Program-made: the position numbers and the translations under genes | Shown here: positions 26,831 to 37,785 of the stretch, piece by piece | How positions within the stretch are numbered: position 1 is the stretch's first letter | Layout: each line of letters starts with the position of its first letter | Notes under the pieces: generated by a model | What the model was told of the DNA's origin: nothing | The model's input: the letters and a program-made list of their open reading frames with translations, nothing else | The model's database searches: none | Source: Candidatus Delongbacteria bacterium | GTDB taxonomy: Bacteria > CAIWAD01 | Assembly (NCBI GenBank): GCA_963663545.1 | Contig: OY760505.1 | Coordinates: 2,464,001 to 2,528,000 of the forward strand | Length of the DNA stretch: 64,000 nucleotides | Direction of reading: 5' to 3'

Positions 26831-29017
26831 ATGCCGAGGAGTTTTGCTCTTGTTGCAATAGGTCTGCTGCTGGCTACACTGGCCGCCCGGGCCGTTGTGC
26901 CCATTGGTCACATGAATGCGTTCAACAGCCTGCCCTTGCGCACAAATGTAGCCGACAGTCGCTACCAGTTTGTACTGACACTGGAGGAACTCCAGGAGGG
27001 CTACATGACCTTTGGGAGCATCACCAGTGTATCACTCTACCTGGTTTCTGCCACCGCCGGTTCCAGCTCTTACATGACACTGCGCATGGGCCGGACGACA
27101 GAGACGAGCTACACAGGAAACACCTATCTGACACCTGAGAGTGGAGTGTGGTACACCATGATCGACTCGCTCCTGCTGGAGGGGGCGGATCTGGTCGGTG
27201 GCGCGTGGAACAATTTCGACTTCGATGGCATGCAGTATCTCTCCTTCAGCTCAAACGATGGCTATGGGCTGCTGGTGGATATCTGCATGGATCAACTGAG
27301 CACCGGACCCGGTGCGATGGTAGGCTGTGAGACATCAGATTCTCCCTGTGCCATGTACCAGTCGGCGAATCTGCCAGGCGGCAACCTGCTGGAAAGTTCC
27401 GGCGGGACTTCCATCAGCAGCAAACCTATTGTGCGCTTCGAAGACATGTACCGCATGCTGCCCGATGAAATCACGCTTGAGGATAGCCCCTTGTACGTCA
27501 ACTGGAGCTTCTTCGCCATCTCCGGTTCTGTGATACCAGTTGATCCGGGAGTGGAGATAATCTTTGGTCCGTGTGGGTCCTTGAACTCCGTCTCGACCCA
27601 GTTGTCGTTCAACGGCACATCCCAGGATTCCATTTTCCTGCGAGCCGAGGATACCGACGAGGGCTGGCTAGGCCTTACTCTGTCCAGTGCGCACATGAGC
27701 TATGTGGATGTATCGGGCTCTCGTGCGCCGCTGCAACTGAACTATGGCAGCGTAATCAGTCACTGTCGCCTTCATCACAATTCGGCATCTCCAGTTCTCT
27801 CCATGGATGTCCGCATATCAAATGTGACACTCACGCAAAGCCGCATGGATCACAACGAAGGGACCTTGTTGAATTGCCACTCCACTGGTACGCAATACGG
27901 AGCGCGGCTGGATCATGTTCTCTTTCATGATAACCTGGCCACGGATGCAGATCAGCCCATGTTGGAGCACAACGGTGGTCTGAATGAGGTCATGTTCTGC
28001 ACTTTTGCGCGTAACACGGGATACACCAACCAGCTACAAGCCAGCAGCAGTGGTAGTCTGCTGGTTTCCCACAGCGTGCTTGCCGATGACGCGACACAAC
28101 TTGTGTGCTATGGCGACCTGCCACGGTTCGAGTACTGTCGTGTGATACAGGACTACTCGGATAGCGACGGGAGCTGGGCTTCCAGCTGTCATCAGATTGG
28201 CAGTGCCGGGTTTCGTGATGCAGCGGATGGAGATTTCGGGCTGCTGCCTGAATCACCGCTGGTGGATGCAGGAGCTCCCACCGTCTATGACCCCGATCTG
28301 ACAGTGGCAGACCTGGGCGCGTTCTTCTACGATCAGCGTGGACCGCAGTTTGCCTATCTGCTGGACGTTCCGCAGGATCAGGGGCGCCAAGTGCTGTTGG
28401 GGTGGCACGCAAACTCGGTCGACCGCATCCAGGGCCCGGCGGGCGATCATTACTACAGCGTGTGGCGACAGGAATCCGTCCCGGCAGCAAGAGCGAGCGT
28501 GTTCGCAAACCGCGAGGCGGCACTCCGCTATCAGCAGGAGCATCCGGAAGCGCTGGTCTCTGTGGCGGATCGCACGAGCTGGTGGACGTGCATGGGACAG
28601 GTACCAACGCGTGTTACGGATATCTACGGACTGGTCGTAGCAACGCAGCTGGACAACACACCCATAACCTATCAGGTCTGCTACCACGAACCGGATCTCG
28701 TTGTGGAGGGCGCAACGGGCCAGGCCAGTAGCGCAGACAATGTCGCTCCTGATGCACCTACGGATGTCCGTGTGATACAGTCGGCGGGTTTTGGTCTGTT
28801 GGCCTGGAATCCGGTCACGACGGGTACAGCCTCAGATGGCGCCCGCCTGCCGGAGTTGAACGGTGTGAGCTACAGCGTGTATCACCACGCAACGGATCCA
28901 TGGTTTGCTCCCGAAGAGGGCACTCTGCTGACGACGACCACGCTACCCTACTACCCTATTGCGATTCCTTCCGGTCCCGGCCGCGGTTTCTACCGCGTTG
29001 TGGCCTCGGACCAGTAA
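26831..29017 (+). CDS. Secreted right-handed beta-helix protein, paralogue 3
   Basis: GGAGG RBS, signal peptide, 'DAGAP', 'DVPQDQG', 'ELNGVSYSVYH' and 'FYRVVA'. Confidence 0.8.
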   Translation: MPRSFALVAIGLLLATLAARAVVPIGHMNAFNSLPLRTNVADSRYQFVLTLEELQEGYMTFGSITSVSLYLVSATAGSSSYMTLRMGRTTETSYTGNTYLTPESGVWYTMIDSLLLEGADLVGGAWNNFDFDGMQYLSFSSNDGYGLLVDICMDQLSTGPGAMVGCETSDSPCAMYQSANLPGGNLLESSGGTSISSKPIVRFEDMYRMLPDEITLEDSPLYVNWSFFAISGSVIPVDPGVEIIFGPCGSLNSVSTQLSFNGTSQDSIFLRAEDTDEGWLGLTLSSAHMSYVDVSGSRAPLQLNYGSVISHCRLHHNSASPVLSMDVRISNVTLTQSRMDHNEGTLLNCHSTGTQYGARLDHVLFHDNLATDADQPMLEHNGGLNEVMFCTFARNTGYTNQLQASSSGSLLVSHSVLADDATQLVCYGDLPRFEYCRVIQDYSDSDGSWASSCHQIGSAGFRDAADGDFGLLPESPLVDAGAPTVYDPDLTVADLGAFFYDQRGPQFAYLLDVPQDQGRQVLLGWHANSVDRIQGPAGDHYYSVWRQESVPAARASVFANREAALRYQQEHPEALVSVADRTSWWTCMGQVPTRVTDIYGLVVATQLDNTPITYQVCYHEPDLVVEGATGQASSADNVAPDAPTDVRVIQSAGFGLLAWNPVTTGTASDGARLPELNGVSYSVYHHATDPWFAPEEGTLLTTTTLPYYPIAIPSGPGRGFYRVVASDQ

Positions 29018-29058
29018 ACCTGCACGCGACAGAAGGCAGGAACGTGGCGACAACGGGA

Positions 29059-29089
29059 GCGGCGCACGGCAATGGCTGTGCGCCGTTTT
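29059..29089 (+). terminator. Rho-independent terminator after the paralogue trio
   Basis: GCGGCGCACGGC-AATG-GCTGTGCGCCGT followed by TTT. Confidence 0.7.
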
Positions 29090-29224
29090 CATTCACGCAG
29101 CTTGCCGCCACTAGTCTCTTATAGCCAACGGAGGCAGTCCCGCCAAACCCCTGCTGTAGTCGCTTTCTCTTGAATTTCCCCGCAACTACCTCTACACTGT
29201 CTGCGCAGTACACGCAGGAGAACC

Positions 29225-29704
29225 GTGGTGCGTCGAACAAGCTTGCTGATGCTGGTGCTGGCCCTGACGGGCTTCGCCTTTGCTGGTCATCCGCCGGAAC
29301 CTTTGGGCTCCTGGTCGGGGCGTGGCGTCCTGCTGGTTGCGGGTCAGGAGAAGGCTGAGCGCGATACGGTCGACATTCACCTTCTCTTGACTGCCGATTA
29401 TAACGTGACCGGCAACGTCGGCGAGGCAAGCCTGGAGGAGTGTCACTGGTCGTCCAATCGCGGCAGGCTCCTGCGCTGGCTCAACTGGAAGACCGACTGG
29501 ATCGTCAAGGGAAACCTTCGCGGTTGTGTCACAGATGCCGACACCACATCGTCCAGGCAGATCACGATCCCCTTCAACCTGCTGGAGGAAGGGACGCTTC
29601 GCGGGGGTATCATGGTGCTGCACGGCTGGCGCTATCCCGATCCACTGCTGACATCACCCGGATTATGGCTGCTCCCCGAGAGTACTGTGACACAAACTGA
29701 GTAG
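29225..29704 (+). CDS. Secreted hypothetical protein
   Basis: AGGAG RBS, GTG start and a signal peptide ending AFA. Confidence 0.6.
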   Translation: MVRRTSLLMLVLALTGFAFAGHPPEPLGSWSGRGVLLVAGQEKAERDTVDIHLLLTADYNVTGNVGEASLEECHWSSNRGRLLRWLNWKTDWIVKGNLRGCVTDADTTSSRQITIPFNLLEEGTLRGGIMVLHGWRYPDPLLTSPGLWLLPESTVTQTE

Positions 29705-29736
29705 CTTCACGCACAATAACACACCAGGAGGAAGGA

Positions 29737-30822
29737 ATGAAAACACTGCTGATGATAACGGGCCTGCTGGGCGCGTGTTGCGCGATGGCGAATCCGATTG
29801 CCACTTCCGTTACCGTTATGCGCAACAGCCTGGATAGTGCGACGACGTGGACTGCCGGAGAAGAAGTCTGCGATTGTGCTTTCCCGGGCGGGAGTTTGTA
29901 TCACGGTGATTGGATCCCCGGACATTCTGGCAATGCCCTTCGGAGCTTCGCTGAAGACGGTCCGGCGATTTCGATAGCCAGCAGTGAGTTCCGTTGGGAT
30001 TATTCCATGGAGTACAATGGTGAGCATTTTCCAGGATGGGGCGGTCTGATCGACTTCTGGATTTCCATGGGAGACGGGAGTGGTCGTGATACACATCTGG
30101 ATATCGAACTGTTTCGTCTTAGCGGTGAAGATTTCGAGTACTCGCTTTGCATCTGTGACAGTACTACAGATGGGGAATCGGGCTTTATCCTGAGGGGCGG
30201 CAATGGAGCACGATCGGTCAGCAGCACGCAGCCAGGAACTTCCCTTGTCGATCTGTTTCCCGATGATAGCGGTACTGGATGGCATCACATCGCAATGGAC
30301 TGGGGTTCCAATTTCGGGCTAGAGTTAATGGTGGATGGCGTACCGGCAAGCCTGATAGATGTGACCGAAGGTGAGGGCTATCCAGGTTACCCAGCCGGTG
30401 TATTGAACCTGCTGGATCTACGGGTTGGCCCTGCCTGGGTTGGTATTGACAACCTACGCCTCTGGGATGATTCGGCGGCCTACAATGGCCCGAATCCGGT
30501 ACTGATGGCCGATTCCACGATGTGCGAGTACACTTTGGGGATAGATGTCCATTCGCCGCTTGCCTTCACACTGCCCCAGAACACACCCAACCCCTTCAAC
30601 CCCGGCACCACCATTTCCTTCACGCTGCCTCATGATCAGGAGGTGGAGCTGAGCGTGTACAATCTGCAGGGAGAATTGGTGCGCAATGTGATACAGTCGC
30701 GCATGGCGGCGGGTGAACACAGCCTTCCTTTCGACGGCAGCGCGCTGGCCTCCGGCGTTTACTTCTATCGCCTTGTGACACAAGAGGGCGTGCAGACGCG
30801 CTCGATGACTTTGGTGAAATGA
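29737..30822 (+). CDS. Secreted protein with a LamG/ConA-like region and a T9SS/FlgD-type C-terminal domain
   Basis: 'GWHHIA...L.VDG...IDNLRLWD' and tail 'NTPNPFNPGTTISF...YNLQG...LASGVYFYRL...MTLVK'. Confidence 0.8.
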   Translation: MKTLLMITGLLGACCAMANPIATSVTVMRNSLDSATTWTAGEEVCDCAFPGGSLYHGDWIPGHSGNALRSFAEDGPAISIASSEFRWDYSMEYNGEHFPGWGGLIDFWISMGDGSGRDTHLDIELFRLSGEDFEYSLCICDSTTDGESGFILRGGNGARSVSSTQPGTSLVDLFPDDSGTGWHHIAMDWGSNFGLELMVDGVPASLIDVTEGEGYPGYPAGVLNLLDLRVGPAWVGIDNLRLWDDSAAYNGPNPVLMADSTMCEYTLGIDVHSPLAFTLPQNTPNPFNPGTTISFTLPHDQEVELSVYNLQGELVRNVIQSRMAAGEHSLPFDGSALASGVYFYRLVTQEGVQTRSMTLVK

Positions 30823-31424
30823 TGCTGGCTCTTCCGCTCTTCATGATTCCGCTCTGCGGATTGTTGTTTGTCACGCCGACGCTGGCTCAAGGCCTCCAGT
30901 TTGCGCGTGAAGACCTTGGCTTCAAGCTGACTTCGCTTGAGGACGGTGCTCCTGACGCCAGTCTGCTGACTCTGGACGGTATCTACACCTTCCGCGGCGA
31001 CTTCAGCCGGGAGCGGCTTCGCGTACACTACCCTTTCCCGCTGGACAGTTGCAGCGGCGCGTGGAGCAATCTGCGCTTCACGGCGCTACCCTCAGGCGAG
31101 GAGCTTCCCTGGGAAGACGTACACGAGGGTCTGGTCTCCTTTCTGCTGCCACAGTCGCTTGAGCCGGAGCAGATGGTGGCCGTGCACTACGATCAGGAAA
31201 TGTATCACGGCTGTGCGCGCTACATCCTGACTTCCACGCGTACCTGGGGGCGTCCACTCGAAGAGGCGCGTTTTGTGTTACAGGCCGACGCAGCCTTTGT
31301 GGTGGATTCACTGGGACAGCCGCCGGTCAATTGTCAGAGTAGCGAGAGCGGGACCACCTGTAGCTGGTCCTTCACGGATTTCCTGCCGGAACAGGATTTG
31401 CTGATCTGGTATCACGCACAGTAG
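30819..31424 (+). CDS. Secreted hypothetical protein (possibly DUF4424-like)
   Basis: Signal peptide, 'RYILTSTRTWGRPLEEA' and 'WSFTDFLPEQDL'. Coupled to the upstream gene by an ATGA overlap. Confidence 0.6.
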   Translation: MMLALPLFMIPLCGLLFVTPTLAQGLQFAREDLGFKLTSLEDGAPDASLLTLDGIYTFRGDFSRERLRVHYPFPLDSCSGAWSNLRFTALPSGEELPWEDVHEGLVSFLLPQSLEPEQMVAVHYDQEMYHGCARYILTSTRTWGRPLEEARFVLQADAAFVVDSLGQPPVNCQSSESGTTCSWSFTDFLPEQDLLIWYHAQ

Positions 31425-31455
31425 CAGCATTCTCAACCCGGACGATGTAAACTGA

Positions 31456-31481
31456 AACAGGCACCCCGCGGGGTGCCTGTT
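31456..31481. terminator. Bidirectional hairpin between convergent genes
   Basis: Perfect inverted repeat AACAGGCACCCCG/CGGGGTGCCTGTT. Confidence 0.75.
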
Positions 31482-31505
31482 GTGTATTACGAAAACCGGT
31501 TATGC

Positions 31506-32948
31506 TCAGACACGCAGGTCCACGTTATCCTGGGGCAGCCAATCCTTGTTGGCTTCCAGTAGTGGATCGACCACCTCTGCCAGGAACTCGCGCACCTGGG
31601 CTGGCGCTCGTCCGACGAAGTGACGCGGATTGAGCATTACGCGCAGGTCCACCAGGCTGAAGGGAATGGCGCCATCTTCGGCCAAACGCTCCATCAGGTC
31701 ATTGGCTTCGCCATCCTGCTTGACGCGGGCCGCCGCCTTCTGGCTGTGGCGACGAATCACCTCGTGTATCACCTGGCGATCAGCACCGCGCTTGACACAG
31801 GCCATCAGGATTTCTTCTGTGGCCATGAAGGGCAACTCTTCCTCCAGGTGGCGACGAACACTTTCCGGGTACACCACTAATCCGCTGAAGACATTGCGCA
31901 GGATCAGCAGGATGGCGTCGGCAGCCAAAAAGGCCTCCGGCACGGCGATTCGCTTCTGGGCACTGTCATCCAGTGTGCGCTCAAGCCACTGAGTAGCCGC
32001 CGTCATGCCTACGCCCGTGGGCAGGCTCATCAGGAACTTGGCCAGGCTGGCCACGCGCTCGCAGCGCATAGGATTTCGTTTGTAGGCCATGGCACTGCTG
32101 CCGATCTGTCCGCTCTCGAAGGGCTCCTCGATTTCTTTGCGGTTGGCCAGCAGGCGAATGTCGTTGGTCAGGCGGTGGGCCGTCTGTCCCAGACCGCCCA
32201 GCCAAGCCAGAATGCGCGCGTCTTCTTTACGCGGATAAGTTTGTCCGGTCACTGAGTACGTGCGAGTGAATCCCAGCTTTTGTGTCACGAGTTGGTCTAG
32301 CTTTCGCACCTTGTCGTCGTCGTTGTCAAAGAGTGCCAGGAAGCTGGCCTGGGTGCCGGTGGTGCCTTTGACGCCGCGAAAGCGCAGGCTTTTCAGCCGC
32401 TGGTCCAGGTCTTCGAGATCCAGCAACAGATCCTGCAGCCAGAGCGTCGCACGCTTGCCGACGGTGGTGGGCTGTGCGGGCTGGTAGTGAGTGAACCCCA
32501 GCGTGGGCAGCTCGGCCCAGCGACGACAGAACTCCGCCAGGGGTTGTATCACGCCCAGCAGACGTTTGCGCAGCAGCTTGAGTCCCTCGCGCATCTGAAT
32601 CAGGTCGGTGTTATCGCCGACGTAGCAGCTGGTAGCACCCAGGTGGATAATCCCCGCCGCTTTCGGGCACTGCAGACCGTAAGCAAAAACGTGTGACATC
32701 ACATCGTGACGCGTGATACGTTCCCGTTCGATGGCCGCCTGGTAGTTGATGTTGTCGGCGGCCGCGCGCAGTTCGTCAATCTGCTCCTGCGTAATGTTCA
32801 ACCCCAGTTCGCGCTCGGATTCGGCGAGGGCGATCCACAGGCGTCGCCAGGTGCGAAACTTGAAATCGGGGCTGAAGATGTGACTCATCTCGCGGGAGGA
32901 GTAGCGGCTTAGCAGCGGGTTCTCGTATTGTTGGGAGTCGTGCGACAT
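31506..32948 (-). CDS. purB: Adenylosuccinate lyase
   Basis: Motifs 'YENPLLSRY', 'RHDVMSH', 'IHLGATS', '[10 protein letters not shown]' and the fumarase-family signature '[11 protein letters not shown]'. The start at 32948 has an AGGAAGGA RBS. Confidence 0.92.
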   Translation of the reverse strand: MSHDSQQYENPLLSRYSSREMSHIFSPDFKFRTWRRLWIALAESERELGLNITQEQIDELRAAADNINYQAAIERERITRHDVMSHVFAYGLQCPKAAGIIHLGATSCYVGDNTDLIQMREGLKLLRKRLLGVIQPLAEFCRRWAELPTLGFTHYQPAQPTTVGKRATLWLQDLLLDLEDLDQRLKSLRFRGVKGTTGTQASFLALFDNDDDKVRKLDQLVTQKLGFTRTYSVTGQTYPRKEDARILAWLGGLGQTAHRLTNDIRLLANRKEIEEPFESGQIGSSAMAYKRNPMRCERVASLAKFLMSLPTGVGMTAATQWLERTLDDSAQKRIAVPEAFLAADAILLILRNVFSGLVVYPESVRRHLEEELPFMATEEILMACVKRGADRQVIHEVIRRHSQKAAARVKQDGEANDLMERLAEDGAIPFSLVDLRVMLNPRHFVGRAPAQVREFLAEVVDPLLEANKDWLPQDNVDLRV

Positions 32949-33125
32949 GATTTCCTTCCTGAACTGACGCCACAAGGTATAAAACTCAGCTTCCGGAGCC
33001 CCGCGCAGGGGCCGATGGCTTGTCCCCGACACGGCCTTTTTCTATTCTATCAAGTCTTGGACAGAACTGGGAAAGAGAACCGGCGAGCGGTACTCTGCCA
33101 TTGTCCCTGTCCAGATGGAGCAGGC

Positions 33126-33428
33126 ATGTTGCACACTATCATTCCGGCCGAATTCACTAACCGTCAGGAGCTTGAGGAAGCGCTGACCACGCATGAGAAC
33201 GAGGGCCTGGCGGTCGTCGCGCTGGGCGAAACAGCGGGCAGGCGTCTCTTCTTCTGCAAGGACGGACACCGCTACCAGCACCAGGTGGTCGCCGTCACCG
33301 GTAGGGACGACGAGACCCTGACGAAGATCCTTTACCAACGTGAGCACGAAGGTTGGCGCGTTTGTGCCGTGGGCCCTTGCTGTGAGGCCACGGTCATGAT
33401 TCTGCGCCGCGAAGTGCAGGAAGACTGA
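33126..33428 (+). CDS. Small protein made of two tandem DUF4177-like repeats
   Basis: GGAG RBS. 'LEEALTTHENEGLAVV' and 'LTKILYQREHEGWRVC' are two similar units. Confidence 0.55.
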   Translation: MLHTIIPAEFTNRQELEEALTTHENEGLAVVALGETAGRRLFFCKDGHRYQHQVVAVTGRDDETLTKILYQREHEGWRVCAVGPCCEATVMILRREVQED

Positions 33429-33447
33429 CGAATTCCATTGACCATAA

Positions 33448-34770
<1,323 letters not shown>

Positions 34771-34828
34771 TCAGCCCGTGGCCTGACAGGCAGCACCTCC
34801 AGGCTGCACTTTTCAACCATGGAGTTGC

Positions 34829-35149
34829 ATGTCGACGCGAACTGAAACAGATCAACCGGCAGTCCCGGTCTGGAAATCCCGCCTGCGGTGGGGCGTCCTG
34901 CTGGGTCTGCCGGTTTTTCTTTTGATCTACCTCTTTGTTGACGGCGGTGTGGGCGAGTATTACGCTTTGCGCCATCAACTCGATTCTCTGCAGACGCGCA
35001 TGACGGAGTTGCAGCACGAGAACGAGCATCTGCGCGTGGTCAACCGGCGACTGGCAAATCTGGACAGCCTGCAGCTGGAAGAGGAAGCACGGCGCATCGG
35101 CATGATAAAAACAGGCGACGAAGTGTATCACATCAAGGTTGAGGACTAG
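34829..35149 (+). CDS. ftsB: Septum formation initiator FtsB/DivIC
   Basis: TM helix, coiled coil and 'EEEARRIGMIKTGDEVY'. It sits in the usual position after eno. Confidence 0.8.
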   Translation: MSTRTETDQPAVPVWKSRLRWGVLLGLPVFLLIYLFVDGGVGEYYALRHQLDSLQTRMTELQHENEHLRVVNRRLANLDSLQLEEEARRIGMIKTGDEVYHIKVED

Positions 35150-35151
35150 GC

Positions 35152-35871
35152 ATGGCACGCAAGAGAACCGGGATGCCGCGTCTGCGCACCCTTCTGATGA
35201 CAGGCGTACTGACTGTATCACCGGTGGCGATTTCCGCCTACGTGCTCTACTGGCTCTTCGTGCGTCTTGACCAGTTGCTGAAGCCAGCCATTGAACCCTT
35301 CATGATTCCGCTGGCGGGCCGCTATTATCCCGGCATCGGTTTCCTGGCGCTGCTCTTGTTGTTGCTGATCGTGGGCTTCATCGCCAGACTTTACTTGGGC
35401 GGCAAGCTGATACAACTTGGCAATTGGTTTGTATCACGCATTCCGTTGATGGCGGGCATGACGCGCGCCGTGCGACAAATCCTTGAGAGCTTTCTTAAAG
35501 GCAATCGCGAACTCTTTCGCCAGGCGGTGCTCTTCGAGTATCCGCGTAAAGGCATCTACGCCGTTGGTTTTGTCACCAGCACTACGCGTGGCGAGATCAG
35601 CGATCGGCTGCAGGACAGCGGTGAACGACGCGAGCTGATTTCGGTCTTCGTGCCCACAACGCCCAACCCTACCAGCGGAGTGCTGGTTTTCGTGCCACGA
35701 CGCGATGCTATCTACCTGAACATGAGCGTAGAGGATGCGTTGAAGCTGGTTGTTTCCGCTGGTGCGCTTAACCCGGACAAACACGGCAACATCCAGCCTG
35801 TGACACAACAGGCCGATCCAGAACCGGCAGCACAAAGAGAGCCGGATGAGTCGACGGGAACACCCGGGTGA
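35152..35871 (+). CDS. DUF502 family membrane protein
   Basis: Motifs 'FEYPRKG', 'VFVPTTPNPTSG' and 'MSVEDALKLVVSAG'. Confidence 0.9.
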   Translation: MARKRTGMPRLRTLLMTGVLTVSPVAISAYVLYWLFVRLDQLLKPAIEPFMIPLAGRYYPGIGFLALLLLLLIVGFIARLYLGGKLIQLGNWFVSRIPLMAGMTRAVRQILESFLKGNRELFRQAVLFEYPRKGIYAVGFVTSTTRGEISDRLQDSGERRELISVFVPTTPNPTSGVLVFVPRRDAIYLNMSVEDALKLVVSAGALNPDKHGNIQPVTQQADPEPAAQREPDESTGTPG

Positions 35872-37691
35872 CCGTTCGGCGACTGGGGTTGTTGACGCTG
35901 CTGGCGTCAAGCACGCTGGTTGCTGTCGGCGCACTGAATGCTGCTTCTCTGGAAGGAGGCAGCGTTCAACTGGGCGCTAGTCGCGGTGTTGAGTACTACC
36001 TGGGCAATCTCGAACTCCATCTTCCTGTAGCACGCGAGGCCGACAGTCTCTCTGTTGAGCTGAAAGCGGATGGGCTGGCGGGCTTCCACACCTACAACAA
36101 CGACAACACGCGTCTGGTGCAGAATCTCGATCTGGGCTGGTTTCGTACTACGTCTTTGGTGGATTGGACCGCCGGTTTTCGCCAGCAGGCTTACAAGCGC
36201 AGAAGGCACACCGATCCGGTTCTGGAGGCCGAGCTTGCCTTCGGGTTGTGTTACAGCACGCCTGCCTGGGATGCCGTTTTGCGAGCAGGCGCCGTTGGCG
36301 ATCAGCGCGAAGAATCGAGTGATCAAGGCCCTCTGGTTGAATGCGAGACGAGTACTCGCCTGCTCTTGGAGGAGTGGGCGCTTGCCACGAACAGCCAGCT
36401 GCGCTTCGATCAGCCCGGTGATCGGCGCAACGAGCAGGCGCGTTTGCAGATCGAGGCAGGCACGCATTCGACGGTACACGCTGGCGACGACCTGCGCATT
36501 TCGCTGCAGCACGAGCAGGAGGACGTCTACGCCGATCTGGAAAGCACCAGCATTGAACGGCGACGTAATCAGGGCGGCGAGTTGGAGAATCGCCTATGGA
36601 CTCGTCCGCTGAAGGAGCTGGAGTTGGCCTTCACCCTCAGTGGCTGGAAGCGGCGGCAGATTCGTGATGCACAGGATGCCAGTTTGACCGGGCGTGATAC
36701 AAAGTACGATGATCAGGGCATCGATCTTGCTCTGGACGGGCAGTGGCACAGCGGTATTCTAGTAACGGATCTGCGCTTCGCTATCACAAGAAGCCGACAG
36801 GACAGCCGCTACGGCGACTCCATGAGCAGTCGCAATCTTACGCGCATTCAGGTAAACGAGATGCAATTGCACACACGACTGCAAGGAATGTGTGACACGC
36901 TCTCCTTCACTGCCGAAACACAGATGCGTCGGCGCGATTCTGATTTCGAACGCCTTTCCACGCTGAGCGACGAGGATTACAGCGATCTGGGCAAGCACCA
37001 ACTGGCACTGCATTACGGCAAGGAAGTGGGACACTGGGCGGGTCTTGGCGCGAACCTTTCGTGGGGGCTTACGCGTGAGTCACACCTTCAGTCAGAGCGT
37101 AGCGGCAACAACTATCGCGAATACAGCTTGCTGGCTGCCGTTCCGCATCGACTTCGACTGCCCTGGCGTGTGACATTGAGTGGGCGCAACAGCTTGCGCA
37201 CAAGCTGGCGCGTATACGATCACGATAATGATGAAAGCCCGCGCAGCTACATCCAGCGCCGCTGGCAATGGCTGGAACACGCCGATTGGCGATTACCAGG
37301 CACCGGCGCATGGCGACGTGATCTGCAGTTGCGCTCGCGTTGGCTCGAAGAAGATGGCGGCAGCTATCGCAAGAGCGATGGACGGGAGTTGCTTTCCGAC
37401 TCCGCTGACGAACTTGACCTCGATCTAACTTTCGCTGTATCACGGGGTGGATGGACGGCGGGCCCCGGATTCCGCTGGTACCGGCGCCGCGACTTTCGCT
37501 GGGAGCTTGAGGAGGGTGAGCGTGAGCGCAATCTGTTGCGTCGCTTGTACCGTCGGGGGCCGCTGCTGGCTCTTGCCTGCCACAGATCAGGTTTGAAGTT
37601 GGACGGAGATCTGAGTTGGGAGGTCGTTGGTGACAATGGTACGTATCACAACGATTTTCGCGTGGACCTGCGTCTTTTCTACACGTTCTAG
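35868..37691 (+). CDS. Putative outer-membrane beta-barrel protein
   Basis: Signal peptide, alternating amphipathic strands and a C-terminal 'VDLRLFYTF' resembling a BAM beta-signal. Confidence 0.65.
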   Translation: MTVRRLGLLTLLASSTLVAVGALNAASLEGGSVQLGASRGVEYYLGNLELHLPVAREADSLSVELKADGLAGFHTYNNDNTRLVQNLDLGWFRTTSLVDWTAGFRQQAYKRRRHTDPVLEAELAFGLCYSTPAWDAVLRAGAVGDQREESSDQGPLVECETSTRLLLEEWALATNSQLRFDQPGDRRNEQARLQIEAGTHSTVHAGDDLRISLQHEQEDVYADLESTSIERRRNQGGELENRLWTRPLKELELAFTLSGWKRRQIRDAQDASLTGRDTKYDDQGIDLALDGQWHSGILVTDLRFAITRSRQDSRYGDSMSSRNLTRIQVNEMQLHTRLQGMCDTLSFTAETQMRRRDSDFERLSTLSDEDYSDLGKHQLALHYGKEVGHWAGLGANLSWGLTRESHLQSERSGNNYREYSLLAAVPHRLRLPWRVTLSGRNSLRTSWRVYDHDNDESPRSYIQRRWQWLEHADWRLPGTGAWRRDLQLRSRWLEEDGGSYRKSDGRELLSDSADELDLDLTFAVSRGGWTAGPGFRWYRRRDFRWELEEGERERNLLRRLYRRGPLLALACHRSGLKLDGDLSWEVVGDNGTYHNDFRVDLRLFYTF

Positions 37692-37785
37692 GTGCTGGCG
37701 CTCTCCCGAAATCGCCGGAGATGCGTGGCAGACTCGTCCCACCGACTTTCCCATATTCCAGCCCTTTGTGTAAGTAGGAGACGAA

